From a candidate division FCPU426 bacterium (GTDB taxonomy: Bacteria; Oederibacteriota; Muellerivitia; Muellerivitales; Muellerivitaceae), in the NCBI GenBank assembly GCA_963847625.1, contig CAWKAR010000039.1, forward strand, positions 32,001 to 96,000: a stretch of 64,000 nucleotides of DNA, in the 5' to 3' direction. The position numbers and the translations under genes were made by a program. Below the pieces are notes generated by a model. The model had not been told where the DNA came from. It saw only the letters and a program-made list of their open reading frames with translations, and did no database searches. Of the stretch, positions 18,442 to 28,300 are shown one piece after another (position 1 is the stretch's first letter; each line of letters opens with the position of its first letter).

Positions 18442-18780
18442 CAGCTGATCAAAATAACGCGGGTTGCTCCGTCCTCCACACCCCTTCCGTCCTGCTCTGA
18501 GTTCTCCATCTCGAAGAACGTGTTTTTCCCGTCAAACGGGGCGGTATCGATTTATGTTTCCTATTGCCAGTACCCGGGTGCCTTTTCCTTAGGAATCTAT
18601 AATTCGGCCGGGGAACACATCAAAACCCTGGATGAGCGGTATTTAGAAGCCCCGATTGCCGCTTCTTACCTTTGGGACGGGAAGAACAAATTTGGGGACC
18701 CCTGCGCGAGCGGAGTATATCTCATTTCCTTGATGGAACCCTATGATCACAAGTTGAAAAGGGTCATCCTCATCAAGTAA
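18442..18780 (+). pseudogene. Orphan C-terminal FlgD-Ig/T9SS-CTD-like domain (remnant of a secreted protein, or a very small protein)
   Basis: ...TPLPSCSEFSISKNVFFP...LGIYNSAGEHIKTL...WDGKN..G...ASGVYLI...KRVILIK. An in-frame TAG lies at 18439 and there is no signal peptide. Confidence 0.65.
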
Positions 18781-19180
18781 CTGGTTTCAAATTATTTTGT
18801 TTCACCCGATCCCACCCCCTAAAAACAAAGTTAGGAAGTTAGCCCCAACTGTTTTTTGACAGTTGGGACAACCAAGTCTCGCCATTCGACGCCGGATATT
18901 TTTAACTTTTGATCCGGCACATCTAAACCATGCCTCTCGACTTGTAGCTTCGAGGCAAGAGCTTGTAGGCTCATGGCAGGTACAGTTAGAAATTAACTGC
19001 AAAACACCAATTTAAGTGGCATCCCATTTGGGTAGGTGCATTTATTCCTCCTTCATGTATATAATGAGCAAGGTTTTACTTTGGCCGGGTGAAAAACCAA
19101 GTCTTTTATCCGCCATAGATAGGTTGCCTATCCGAACGAATCCTATGGAAACTTTTAGATGGCATTTTTACGGGTCGGCA

Positions 19181-19224
19181 TGAAAGCGCTTGAAAGCTTG
19201 AAACCGGAATGAAAACCGCTTTCG
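19181..19224. promoter_or_regulatory. Candidate LacI-type operators upstream of the LacI gene
   Basis: TGAAAGCGCTTGAA (19181) and GAAAACCGCTTTCG (19211) both have the AAxCGxTT core typical of LacI/GalR operators. Confidence 0.5.
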
Positions 19225-19258
19225 TGGAAAAATTTTCCTTTTAGGAACAAGGAGTCTT

Positions 19259-20287
19259 ATGTCCACCAATACCATTTATGAAGTCGCCCAAAAGGCGGGC
19301 GTTTCCATTTCCACTGTTTCACGGGTCTTGAACAAAAATCCGAATGTCCTGGAAGAGACCCGAAGAAAGGTTTTGAAAGCCATCGAGGAACTCCACTTCA
19401 GGCCCAACCCCATTGCGCGCGGCTTGGTGATCAAGCAGACGAACCTGATCGAGGTTTTCTTTTCCTGGCCGGGCTACCGGTTCAACCTGGAAAGCGCCTG
19501 GTACGTGGAACTCCTCAACGGCGTCAACCAAGTTGTCCAGGAAAACCAGTTCGGCCTTTTGATCAACACCATCGCGGGGGTTTTCGACCCGCAAGAGGTC
19601 TATAAGCGGGTTTTCAATAACGTCGTGGATGGGATCCTCATGGTTTCGCCTTATCTGGAGGAAAAGGATTTGGTTGAGATCCTGAGCGATCGGGTGCCCA
19701 TCGTGCTCGTCGGTTACCGGACCTCGGACCCGAAACTGGATTTCGTGGACAGCGACAATGTCCAGGCTGTAGGCCAGGTGGTCGACCACCTGGCGGGATT
19801 AAAGCACAAGAAAATCGCCATCATCACGGGGCAGGTGGATAACTCGCGCAACGCCACAGACCGCTTGGAAGGTTTCCGCTCCGCCATGGATAAACACGGA
19901 TTCAAGATCCCGCCGGAATACATCGTGGGCGGGGATTTTCTTTTGGAATCCGGCGAGGAAGCCATGAAAAAACTTTTGGCGCTCCGCGACAGGCCGACGG
20001 CGGTCTTCGCGTCCAACGATCTCATGGCATTGGGGGCCATCAAGGCTCTGGAAAAAGCCAAATTGAAAGTGGGGAAGGATATCGCCTTGGTTGGCTTTGA
20101 TGATATTCCCGAGGCTTCCACCCCGCCCCATTCCCTCACCACCATTCATCAGGATTACCGGTCTATCAGCGTGGAAGCCACCCGAATCCTGTTGCAGAAG
20201 ATCCGGGAACCGGAACAATGGAAGACACGCCAATTGCTGGTCCCGGCCCAACTGGTGGTACGGCAATCCTGCGGATCAAAGAAATAA
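19259..20287 (+). CDS. LacI-family transcriptional regulator
   Basis: TIYEVAQKAGVSISTVSRVLN HTH, hinge PNPIARGL, and sugar-binding domain motifs (PTAVFASND, VGFDD, LTTI); AAGGAG RBS. Confidence 0.96.
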   Translation: MSTNTIYEVAQKAGVSISTVSRVLNKNPNVLEETRRKVLKAIEELHFRPNPIARGLVIKQTNLIEVFFSWPGYRFNLESAWYVELLNGVNQVVQENQFGLLINTIAGVFDPQEVYKRVFNNVVDGILMVSPYLEEKDLVEILSDRVPIVLVGYRTSDPKLDFVDSDNVQAVGQVVDHLAGLKHKKIAIITGQVDNSRNATDRLEGFRSAMDKHGFKIPPEYIVGGDFLLESGEEAMKKLLALRDRPTAVFASNDLMALGAIKALEKAKLKVGKDIALVGFDDIPEASTPPHSLTTIHQDYRSISVEATRILLQKIREPEQWKTRQLLVPAQLVVRQSCGSKK

Positions 20288-20466
20288 CCCGATGTCAATG
20301 TCCGAAAGGGACGAGTACCAGGAATATTTTAACCTTTGTGATGAGGAATATAGATCCATTCGATTCTGGAGGCATGTTTCCATTTATCGTCAATTCCCGT
20401 TAAATTCGGCGCAAATTCCAAGTAATTATATTTAGTTTAACAAGGCCCATGTGCCAACTAGGGACG

Positions 20467-20495
20467 TTGCAGGACCCGCGCAGGGCTGATACAAT
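20467..20495 (+). promoter_or_regulatory. Sigma70-type promoter candidate
   Basis: TTGCAG-N17-TACAAT with a TGn extension, 50 nt upstream of ATG 20545. Confidence 0.55.
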
Positions 20496-20544
20496 GCCTC
20501 CGCTTCATCTGGATGGTCTTATTTCTTTTAATTTAGGAAACCAA

Positions 20545-21198
20545 ATGCGAGCATTTCTTTGGATTCTCGGAATTCTTTTTTTATTGGCCTTGGGATACGC
20601 CCTCGTCACTGGATTGGGATTGGGGGGAGTTTTCAAGCACCATAAAAACTTGGCGAAGAGTTTTGTGATCACGGATTTCGAATATCCCGCCGACGATTTC
20701 GACTGGATGACCGGGGGTTACGTTAAAATCGAACCGTCAAAGGAAAACCAGACTCACGGCAAACTTTGCGCGAAGGCCACTTTCTTCCTGGAAAATCAGT
20801 TTTTCCCAACGCCCACGCCGGGCGCCGACTGGCGGCCCCAAATGGCGCTGGACACCAATTCGGTCACCCAACTGAAGGTTTACGAGTGGCAGGAATATGC
20901 CGACCTGAAACTGGATGTCTTTAATCCGCAAGATCATCCGGTCACCTACCATATGGAAGTGGCGGATTCCCACGCTTATGTTTTTTCCGACATCTCTGGG
21001 CCGCTGACCCCGAAAAAAGTCACCAACATCGATGTCCCCTTGGACCAGTTGATCCAAGCCCGGCTGGATTTAAGCAATATCCGGTCCATCAAGTTTTGGG
21101 TGGATATGGCGGGGGCCACAGAACCCATCGTGGTTTACCTGGACTACCTGCGCCTGGAGGGCGACGCAACCGCGCCCAAGCCAGCCGTTAAACATTAA
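20545..21198 (+). CDS. Membrane-anchored carbohydrate-binding-module-like (galactose-binding fold) protein
   Basis: N-terminal TM; DFE, EWQEYADLKLDVFNP, LDLSNIRSIKF and VYLDYLRL are typical of CBM11/agarase-CBM-like jelly rolls. Confidence 0.7.
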   Translation: MRAFLWILGILFLLALGYALVTGLGLGGVFKHHKNLAKSFVITDFEYPADDFDWMTGGYVKIEPSKENQTHGKLCAKATFFLENQFFPTPTPGADWRPQMALDTNSVTQLKVYEWQEYADLKLDVFNPQDHPVTYHMEVADSHAYVFSDISGPLTPKKVTNIDVPLDQLIQARLDLSNIRSIKFWVDMAGATEPIVVYLDYLRLEGDATAPKPAVKH

Positions 21199-21824
21199 TC
21201 AAAAATCCAGTTCTGATTAATTCAATGTTTCAATTCTTAGCAAGTTATTTTGCCCTGAAATCCAATCGAATCTCTTGATTATAAGGGTTTCTGGTTTAAC
21301 CTTCCTAAGATATAAGTTCTAATCAATCCTTAACCTGCGATTAGATTTGTCCTTAATTTTTATTCCTGAAAAGAAGCAATTGCGAATCAATTTTTTCTTC
21401 GTGGACGTATATCGGCTTGGAAAAGTTCATTTAAGAAACAACAAGGTTAATGCCGTCAACGACTAATGATCGGTTTTGAAACTGATGGTTGCCTGCTACC
21501 AGAATATATCTAATCAGACTGTACGTCCTAGAGACATTACTTTTCAGCCATTTTACGGACAGGACGATCTGAAAAGAAGATTTGTCAATCTGGAAGGAAA
21601 CGGGAAATATCCCAAATCAGTTAGTCGAATTGAAAACGGAAAGTATAATTAAGCTATGAATAGCCTGCCGTCATGCCCGAAAAAGTTTATTCGAAAAGTT
21701 TCATGAAAAATTTTCTCCATATTTCGTTAAGGTAATAAGCCATGGAAGTCTTTTTGAAGAATTTATTAATTCGTGAGATCTGATTTATAAAATAAAAAAG
21801 AGATTACGAAAATAAAAGAGTCTT

Positions 21825-22994
21825 ATGAATCAGATGCATTCAGGCCGAATTGAGGTTTTGGATTCCTTGCGCGGCGTTGCAGCTATGCAGGTGGTATTCA
21901 ATCATTTTTTGATCGTGTTTCCTCTTTTTTTTGAAGCGACCCTCCACCTAGCGTCAAATCAACCTTTGATGGCGAAGTTGATGGTTTATACGCCGCTCCA
22001 TATCCTATGGGCGGGGCATGAGGCTGTTATCTTCTTTTTCACTTTGAGCGGATTTGTTTTGTCCTTACCTTATGTGAATAGGAATCCACTTTTTTACCGA
22101 CCCTACCTGATTAGGAGATTTTGCCGAATTTATATTCCTTTTTTCACTCTTATTTCTCTCTCCCTTATTTTATATAAGAGGGGTCTAGGTTTTTTTGCGA
22201 TTCCAGGTGTCAGCTGTTGGACTAACAGTTTTTTTTCTAAAACCATCACTTGGCGGGAAATGCTGAAAATCTATACCGGGTTCGACGATATCTACACCTA
22301 TAACTTGGCTCCCACTGTTTGGAGTCTAAACCACGAGATGCGCATCTCAATTGTTTTTCCCTTCTTGGCTAACATGGTGGTGAAATTAAATTGGAGAGAA
22401 AATTTGGGAATGGGTTTTTTGTTAGCAGCTCTAGGAGGGGGATTGATCAATGAGAAAATATTATCCGCTGGAGAATTGAATAGAACATTTTTCTACACCT
22501 CTTTTTTTATCTTTGGGGCCCTTCTGGCGAAACATCGGGATTGGGTTTTAGGGGCCATTGGGAAATACAATGGCGGCCTAAGAACATTGTTCTTAGCCTC
22601 TGCTTTAATCTTGTATAACATTCGCTGGTCGGGATTGGTGGAAGAAAAATCATCTTTTTCCCCTGTTGGTCATGAAGTTTTCTGCGATTTGTCAGTAGGA
22701 CTGGCGTCACTTTATTTCATCGGTGCGTCTTTGGGATGGAAGCTAAATAAAAAGAATTTTGTTCAAGGAACCTTTTTGTGGATTGGGAAAATTTCCTTCA
22801 GCCTTTATTTGATCCATCCGTTGATATTATTCATGAGTATTTATTATTTTAGGCATTTCTTGCCAATAATCATTAGCGACTTCCTGGGTTTGTCCTTTGC
22901 AATATTTGTGGCTTGGCTTTTCTATCGTTGGATAGAATGTCCTTCCACACAATTGGGTAAAAAACTTTCCAAACATTCCATTTTCACGGGCTAG
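21825..22994 (+). CDS. Acyltransferase family 3 (OafA/YrhL-like) membrane O-acyltransferase
   Basis: RIEVLDSLRGVAA, VIFFFTLSGFVL, RRFCRIY, WSL..E, GKISFSLYLIH, YRWIECP; AT-rich. Confidence 0.93.
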   Translation: MNQMHSGRIEVLDSLRGVAAMQVVFNHFLIVFPLFFEATLHLASNQPLMAKLMVYTPLHILWAGHEAVIFFFTLSGFVLSLPYVNRNPLFYRPYLIRRFCRIYIPFFTLISLSLILYKRGLGFFAIPGVSCWTNSFFSKTITWREMLKIYTGFDDIYTYNLAPTVWSLNHEMRISIVFPFLANMVVKLNWRENLGMGFLLAALGGGLINEKILSAGELNRTFFYTSFFIFGALLAKHRDWVLGAIGKYNGGLRTLFLASALILYNIRWSGLVEEKSSFSPVGHEVFCDLSVGLASLYFIGASLGWKLNKKNFVQGTFLWIGKISFSLYLIHPLILFMSIYYFRHFLPIIISDFLGLSFAIFVAWLFYRWIECPSTQLGKKLSKHSIFTG

Positions 22995-23030
22995 AAAGAA
23001 ATTCCTAAAACTAAAACCCAATTCATTTAT

Positions 23031-23171
23031 GGGAACCTCTAAAAATTCATTTAAGCCCTCGCCCCTTGAGGGAGAGGGTAGGGTGAGGGGTAAAAAACCT
23101 CGCTATTTCCACCCTCATCCCATCCTTCTCCCCTCTAGGGAGAAGGGGAACGGCAATTTATAGAGGTACCC
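23031..23171. mobile_element. 141-bp MITE with 17-bp TIRs, TTAT target duplication and two internal REP-like hairpins
   Basis: TIRs GGGAACCTCTAAAAATT and AATTTATAGAGGTACCC match at 15/17. TTAT occurs at 23027-23030 and 23172-23175. Internal hairpins are of the CCCTC.CCC...GGGAGAGGG type. Confidence 0.8.
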
Positions 23172-23788
23172 TTATTCAGAAGCAGTTGAAATGCTTAAGG
23201 AGGTGAGTGTTCTTTGAATATTCTTGAAAATCTGGATTGTAATGATGATAGATGTTTGCCGGCGGGAGAGGCGCAGAAATATTCGCGAGAGAATCTATTG
23301 GCATCATGCCCTGGTGGTGTGGCCCATTTCCCAGGCCGAACGCATTTCTTTGTGCCATTCTGGACTCACTGTCTCCAGTGATGAACAAGATATGACTCTA
23401 TGACCGGGTTCCTTTTTAAAACAAGTTTTAGAGCATTCGAGTAACCCGATTTTAAAAATAAGGCTAGCATTTATCCTATCTTTCAGACTATGGACAGACC
23501 AAATCATTGTTCCATATGCACAATTAGTTGTGGGTAGCACCCCTAGGTATGCAGTTTGTAGCTTAAAAGGGGTATGGACCCCTGAATAGGTAGAGCATTA
23601 ACCCCAAAACCCCGGTTGCCCTGCCTGAAATAACGGTTAAAATAATTTTGTGCAATAGGACGGGAACCCAGTTGCAAGAAAATTAAACAAATAACATAGG
23701 TTTCGATAAATATTTTTACGGAAGATTTACCCGTTTAACCCAGCTTTTATTGATACAGGAATCTGAAAGGTTGACCCGAAAAACTTGA

Positions 23789-26700
23789 ATGGAAACCAAA
23801 TTCGTTAAACCCGTACGCTACGGCGACATCATCGAAATCGACATCCACTCCCTCGCCTTCGGGGGGGATTCAGTAGGCCGTTACCGTGATTTTGCCATAT
23901 TTGTCCCGGGTGGGCTCCCTGGCGAGAGGTTGGCCGTAAAGATCACCCGGGTCAAGGACCATTTCGCTACGGGTGAGATTGTCAACTTCCTCAAGCGTTC
24001 CCCGGACCGCATTGTCCCAGGTTGTCCCGTATTCGAGGAATGCGGTGGGTGTCAATGGCAGCACCTACACTATTCCCGACAGCTTCAAGCCAAGCGCCAG
24101 TTCGTCGTGGATGCTTTTCAAAGAATCGGGCATCTTTCCAATGTAGTGGTACAGCCCAGTCTGCCTTCGCCCAATCCATACGCTTACCGCAACAAAGCCC
24201 TGCCGGTTCTTTCGATGCGGGAGGGTCATTATGTTTCCGGGATCTACGAACCCCGTTCCCACCACTTAGTGCCCTACCAGACATGCCCCATTCAGGGAGA
24301 CGCCGTCAATGACCTGATCCAAAAAGTCCTGAATAAGATCGATCGTTCCGGTTTGACGCCCTACCAGGAAAAAAAACACATAGGTTTTTTAAGGCATTTG
24401 GCTGTCCGTCAGGGATTGAAAACGGGCGAGATGATCTTGTCCTTTATCACCCGCGCAGAGGTGCCTGAGGAACGGCTTCAAAAACCCGCCTTGGTACTGG
24501 AATCCCTGGACCATGTCCTGCCACGTCTTGCGGCGGAGCTTATGGAGGAGATTCCCGGCCTGGTCGGCGTCCTACAAAACATCAATCCTTCCCGCACCAA
24601 CGCTGTATTCGGCTCCACCACGCGTCTCCTCGTGGGGCGGGACCACTATTTCGAGGTTATCGATGACCTCCGGCTGAGAGTCTCTCTGATGTCCTTCCTG
24701 CAGGTCAACACTCTTCAGGCGGATATTCTTCACACCGTCGTCAGGGAGGCATTGGGAGAACCGGCTCACAAGAAAAAATGGGGGATCCTGCTGGATCTTT
24801 TCTCCGGCCTCGGCACCCTGGCCTTGGCTGTTTCCCAAAAGGTTGATTATGTGGTGGGCATCGAGGAATCAGCCCCCGCCGTGGAAGACGCCAAATTCAA
24901 CGCGACGTTGAACCAACGGGACAACATCGATTTTCTGGAAGGCGACGTGGGCCGTGTTCTCATGGGTCTCAAGGAAAAAGGATTAACGCAACTGGACGCT
25001 GCGATCATGGACCCTCCCCGCAAAGGAATCCTGCCGGAAGTCCTGGCACGGTTGACGGCTTTCCACCCGGAAAGATTGGTTTATGTATCCTGTGACCCTT
25101 CCACGCTGGCTCGGGATCTTTCCCTTTTAACTAAGCACGGCTACTCGGCTGATTGGGCCCAGCCTATCGACATGTTTCCCCAGACCTATCACGTTGAAAC
25201 GGTGGTGAGACTTACCCGGCAAAAACCTCTCTCCCTTGAGACTATGACCGGCCTTTCGGAACAAGCGCTGGAACCTTTCCGTCTTCCCAAAACGGAACCT
25301 GTAGCCCTCAATATAAAGGGTTCCTTCGAGGCGCTCTGGAAGGGGTTGGCCCTGGTATTTCAATCCATGGTGGAACTTCTTGCCAAAGGAAAGGTTAAAG
25401 TTCGTCTGTTCTTATCGGTTATGCCCTTAGGATTTAAAAAAGTTTTAAGTGCTGCTAACTTTATTTACCTCCATTCCCTTAAAACGATCCTTTGGGTATT
25501 AAAAATAATCCCAATCACATTCCGATTATTCGCTGGTTTGTTTTGGCACATGAAAAACTCGTACAATAAATTAGTTTCGGAGAAAAAACTCACCCAGGAC
25601 TACGATGACTTTTCCCCGACTCCAACCGAAATCGCGAGGATGGAAGAAACCATTACAAAACCGACCCCGATTCTTTCAGAATGGGTTGAAACTCCATTCC
25701 GGGAAGAGTGGGAAGAAGAAACCGCGTTACAACCGCCAGAGGGCCCAGAGGAACCTCTTTCATCTATTCCGGCTTCCGGGGTGGTTTTATCGTCCTCTTC
25801 CATCCAAGAATTAGAGAAAAATGAAATTTCAGAGGGAGAGCTTTCCTCCGTTCCAGAGACCGGACAGGAACCGCTCCCGGAATGGCCTACTCCGCCACCT
25901 TTTCCTAAGCCTCTGACGGCACCGCTCTGGGAAAAATGGAAATGGCTTTATAGATCCTTTTTTAAGAGGTCCTTATTCCGTTGGACGGTTTTAGCGGTTC
26001 TTTTTTTAGGTATCGGCGCTTATTGGGCCAAAGCAACCCTTTCACCCTCCCGGCCCAAAAATTGGCTCCAGGCTCCCACTGTTTCCCAGATGATCCCGGA
26101 CGCAATCGCCGTCATGCCCACCCGAACCTTCCTTCGCTACGAAATGGTGCCCTTTGAGGTGAGGGTGAACCCGAAGAACCAGGCTTATTTCTCGGATATA
26201 CACGCCTCCGTGGAGATTTTCTGTGACGGTGAACCTGTCAATATGGTAGACGGCAGGTCCAAGTTGTATTTAAAAAAAGACCAGGCTGGAAAGAAACTCC
26301 TGGGTAATTGGCCGATTCCTTATAATCCCAAGGCTGGCACTTATATTGCCGAGATAGCCATTACTTCGCCCCAGTGGCAAACCCCCCATACCTTCGAATC
26401 CGCCTTCACCATCGCGCCATTGAAACCGCATGGGCTTTATCCGGGTTATGCCGCCCTTACCATGGAGGGGGGGAAGCAATTAGTCAACGGGGCGATTCCT
26501 CCCCTGGACGGGAACGGATCTTCCAATACCTCCAATGCCATCGACTGGGCGAAATTTATCGGTGCCAATCTGTTCTGCGATTTAATGGGGCAGACTTCCA
26601 TTTGGGACCACCTCGTCAAGGCGGATTTTCCATTCAACCGGCTTGAAATTGAAACAGGCCACCGATACGCCCGCGCCGCACACGCCAAAGGGTTGAAGTT

Positions 26701-27934
26701 CGCCAGTTACATGACCACCTTCAAGGTGGAAGGCGACGCCTGGCAACAGGCCCCTTACGAATTCTCGCTTGGATACGACCCAGACAGTGATGAGGTGATC
26801 CAGACCCGCTTCATTTCGCTTGAGGACAAAAAGCGCCGCCAGGATGTCATCGATTTTTTAAGAAAAATGGACCAGGAACCCCTTGTCGATATCATCGGGA
26901 TGGATTACGTAAGGACCGGTTTCGCGGGTTATGAAATGGTGGATGAGTTCGTCAAGGATTTGAACGTGCCGGGGCCGATGGATTTTTGGACCATGTCCAA
27001 GCAGGACCGCATCCATTGGCTGGCACGCACCGTGGAATTGAAGGAAAACCCGCAAGTGGTGGCTCTTTTCGAGTGGTGGAGGGCCCACAAGGTGGCGTTA
27101 ACCCTGAAAGGCATTCTTGATGAGGCGAAGGTTTCCAAACCCGTCTTCACCTTCACCCTCGGTTGGGAAATGGGACATCAACACGGCCAAGATCCCGCCA
27201 TGTTCATCGACGCAGGCGTGGCTTTTAACCACATCATGCTTTATGAAGGAACCCGGGAGCACATTGAGGTCATGAAACGGCATTGGCCCGTTTATTTATC
27301 CCGGGAAAACGGGATGTACGCCATGGGAGAAATGGTTGACTTCAACTGGGTCCAGAGGACCACCGATCCTCCGGCACCGTTGGAACTTTTTAACCGGCAA
27401 AATGAGACTTTCCAAAATTGGTTTCCCGAAAATGCTTCCCTGGGCATGTTTTGGCACGACCTTTACCGATTGATTTGGGGAATCCGCGGCCCTTACACCA
27501 GCATGGAATGGGCCATATCAGGCGGAAAAGCTTTCTCCGCCTTGCAACACACCGAGGGGCTTTCACCCATCGACGTAACATTGACCGCCCCGCGGGAAGC
27601 TCCCGTTGGAGTGCCGGTTCCCTTGAGTGTGGAAATTCGTAACCATTCCCCGGAAGATTTGAAAGGGGTGATACTCCACCAACTGGATGCTTCCAAGAAT
27701 TACCTGGACGAGTTGGCCACCCTGGGGCCTTTTGACCTTCCAGCTGGAAATATGGTGAAGGTGAAGAGCCTTTTCCTGAATATGCCCAAGGAAATCCATC
27801 CCGAGAGAGACAACCGTTACATGGCGGCGGTTATGGTGGAAAGACAGGGAGAACCGCTGAGGGTTTTCGATTTCGCCTATATAAAAGGGTTGCCGTTGGG
27901 AACTGTTGTTCGGAAGTTGGACACGCCCCAGTGA
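23789..27934 (+). CDS. rlmD: 23S rRNA m5U methyltransferase RlmD(/RlmCD) fused to a TM helix and an extracytoplasmic glycoside-hydrolase-like domain (1381 aa)
   Basis: aa 1-476: TRAM domain, CPVFEECGGC..C Fe-S motif, SFLQVN, DPPRKG, VYVSCDPSTLARD, DMFPQTYHVE. TM at about aa 732-748. The C-terminal region has AHAKGLKF and DIIGMDYVR. Confidence 0.85.
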   Translation: METKFVKPVRYGDIIEIDIHSLAFGGDSVGRYRDFAIFVPGGLPGERLAVKITRVKDHFATGEIVNFLKRSPDRIVPGCPVFEECGGCQWQHLHYSRQLQAKRQFVVDAFQRIGHLSNVVVQPSLPSPNPYAYRNKALPVLSMREGHYVSGIYEPRSHHLVPYQTCPIQGDAVNDLIQKVLNKIDRSGLTPYQEKKHIGFLRHLAVRQGLKTGEMILSFITRAEVPEERLQKPALVLESLDHVLPRLAAELMEEIPGLVGVLQNINPSRTNAVFGSTTRLLVGRDHYFEVIDDLRLRVSLMSFLQVNTLQADILHTVVREALGEPAHKKKWGILLDLFSGLGTLALAVSQKVDYVVGIEESAPAVEDAKFNATLNQRDNIDFLEGDVGRVLMGLKEKGLTQLDAAIMDPPRKGILPEVLARLTAFHPERLVYVSCDPSTLARDLSLLTKHGYSADWAQPIDMFPQTYHVETVVRLTRQKPLSLETMTGLSEQALEPFRLPKTEPVALNIKGSFEALWKGLALVFQSMVELLAKGKVKVRLFLSVMPLGFKKVLSAANFIYLHSLKTILWVLKIIPITFRLFAGLFWHMKNSYNKLVSEKKLTQDYDDFSPTPTEIARMEETITKPTPILSEWVETPFREEWEEETALQPPEGPEEPLSSIPASGVVLSSSSIQELEKNEISEGELSSVPETGQEPLPEWPTPPPFPKPLTAPLWEKWKWLYRSFFKRSLFRWTVLAVLFLGIGAYWAKATLSPSRPKNWLQAPTVSQMIPDAIAVMPTRTFLRYEMVPFEVRVNPKNQAYFSDIHASVEIFCDGEPVNMVDGRSKLYLKKDQAGKKLLGNWPIPYNPKAGTYIAEIAITSPQWQTPHTFESAFTIAPLKPHGLYPGYAALTMEGGKQLVNGAIPPLDGNGSSNTSNAIDWAKFIGANLFCDLMGQTSIWDHLVKADFPFNRLEIETGHRYARAAHAKGLKFASYMTTFKVEGDAWQQAPYEFSLGYDPDSDEVIQTRFISLEDKKRRQDVIDFLRKMDQEPLVDIIGMDYVRTGFAGYEMVDEFVKDLNVPGPMDFWTMSKQDRIHWLARTVELKENPQVVALFEWWRAHKVALTLKGILDEAKVSKPVFTFTLGWEMGHQHGQDPAMFIDAGVAFNHIMLYEGTREHIEVMKRHWPVYLSRENGMYAMGEMVDFNWVQRTTDPPAPLELFNRQNETFQNWFPENASLGMFWHDLYRLIWGIRGPYTSMEWAISGGKAFSALQHTEGLSPIDVTLTAPREAPVGVPVPLSVEIRNHSPEDLKGVILHQLDASKNYLDELATLGPFDLPAGNMVKVKSLFLNMPKEIHPERDNRYMAAVMVERQGEPLRVFDFAYIKGLPLGTVVRKLDTPQ

Positions 27935-28300
27935 AATGTAATTTTGAAAAATAGGGACATCAGAATAGTTTTAGAGCATCTTAAATTGTTTAATCAATTG
28001 CCTTGTTCGATATTTCCTTGTTATGTCAAATCTGGAGTTTTAAGGATGTTTCCGAAGGCCCGATTTGACGCATTTCACGGCGGTTCGGAGTTATTTTTCC
28101 AATCAATCAGTATAAATGGAAAAGTAAAATTCAATGCCGGGCTTGTTTAACGGTAATAAACCCAATGAAAAGGGTTTTAAATAAAAGGTTCCCGGAATAT
28201 GCGTTCTTTTGAATTTTCTTAAAAAAAGATTCCAGCTTTTCCAAGCTTTTTAGTAAAATACCGGCGTTTTCCCTCACCATTCTTTTCACGAAGGGTGTTT

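Noticed and set aside
20292..20435. 47-aa ORF right after lacI
   Set aside because: No clear RBS or recognisable motif; cannot be supported from sequence alone.
23190..23400. AAGGAGGTGA followed by a small gene, or a 16S rRNA 3' end
   Set aside because: Only very short frames follow the motif and the surrounding sequence is not rRNA-like.
27944..28150. 68-aa ORF between the rlmD fusion and the first lipoprotein
   Set aside because: AT-rich intergenic sequence, TTG start without an RBS and no motif; more likely the operon's promoter region.
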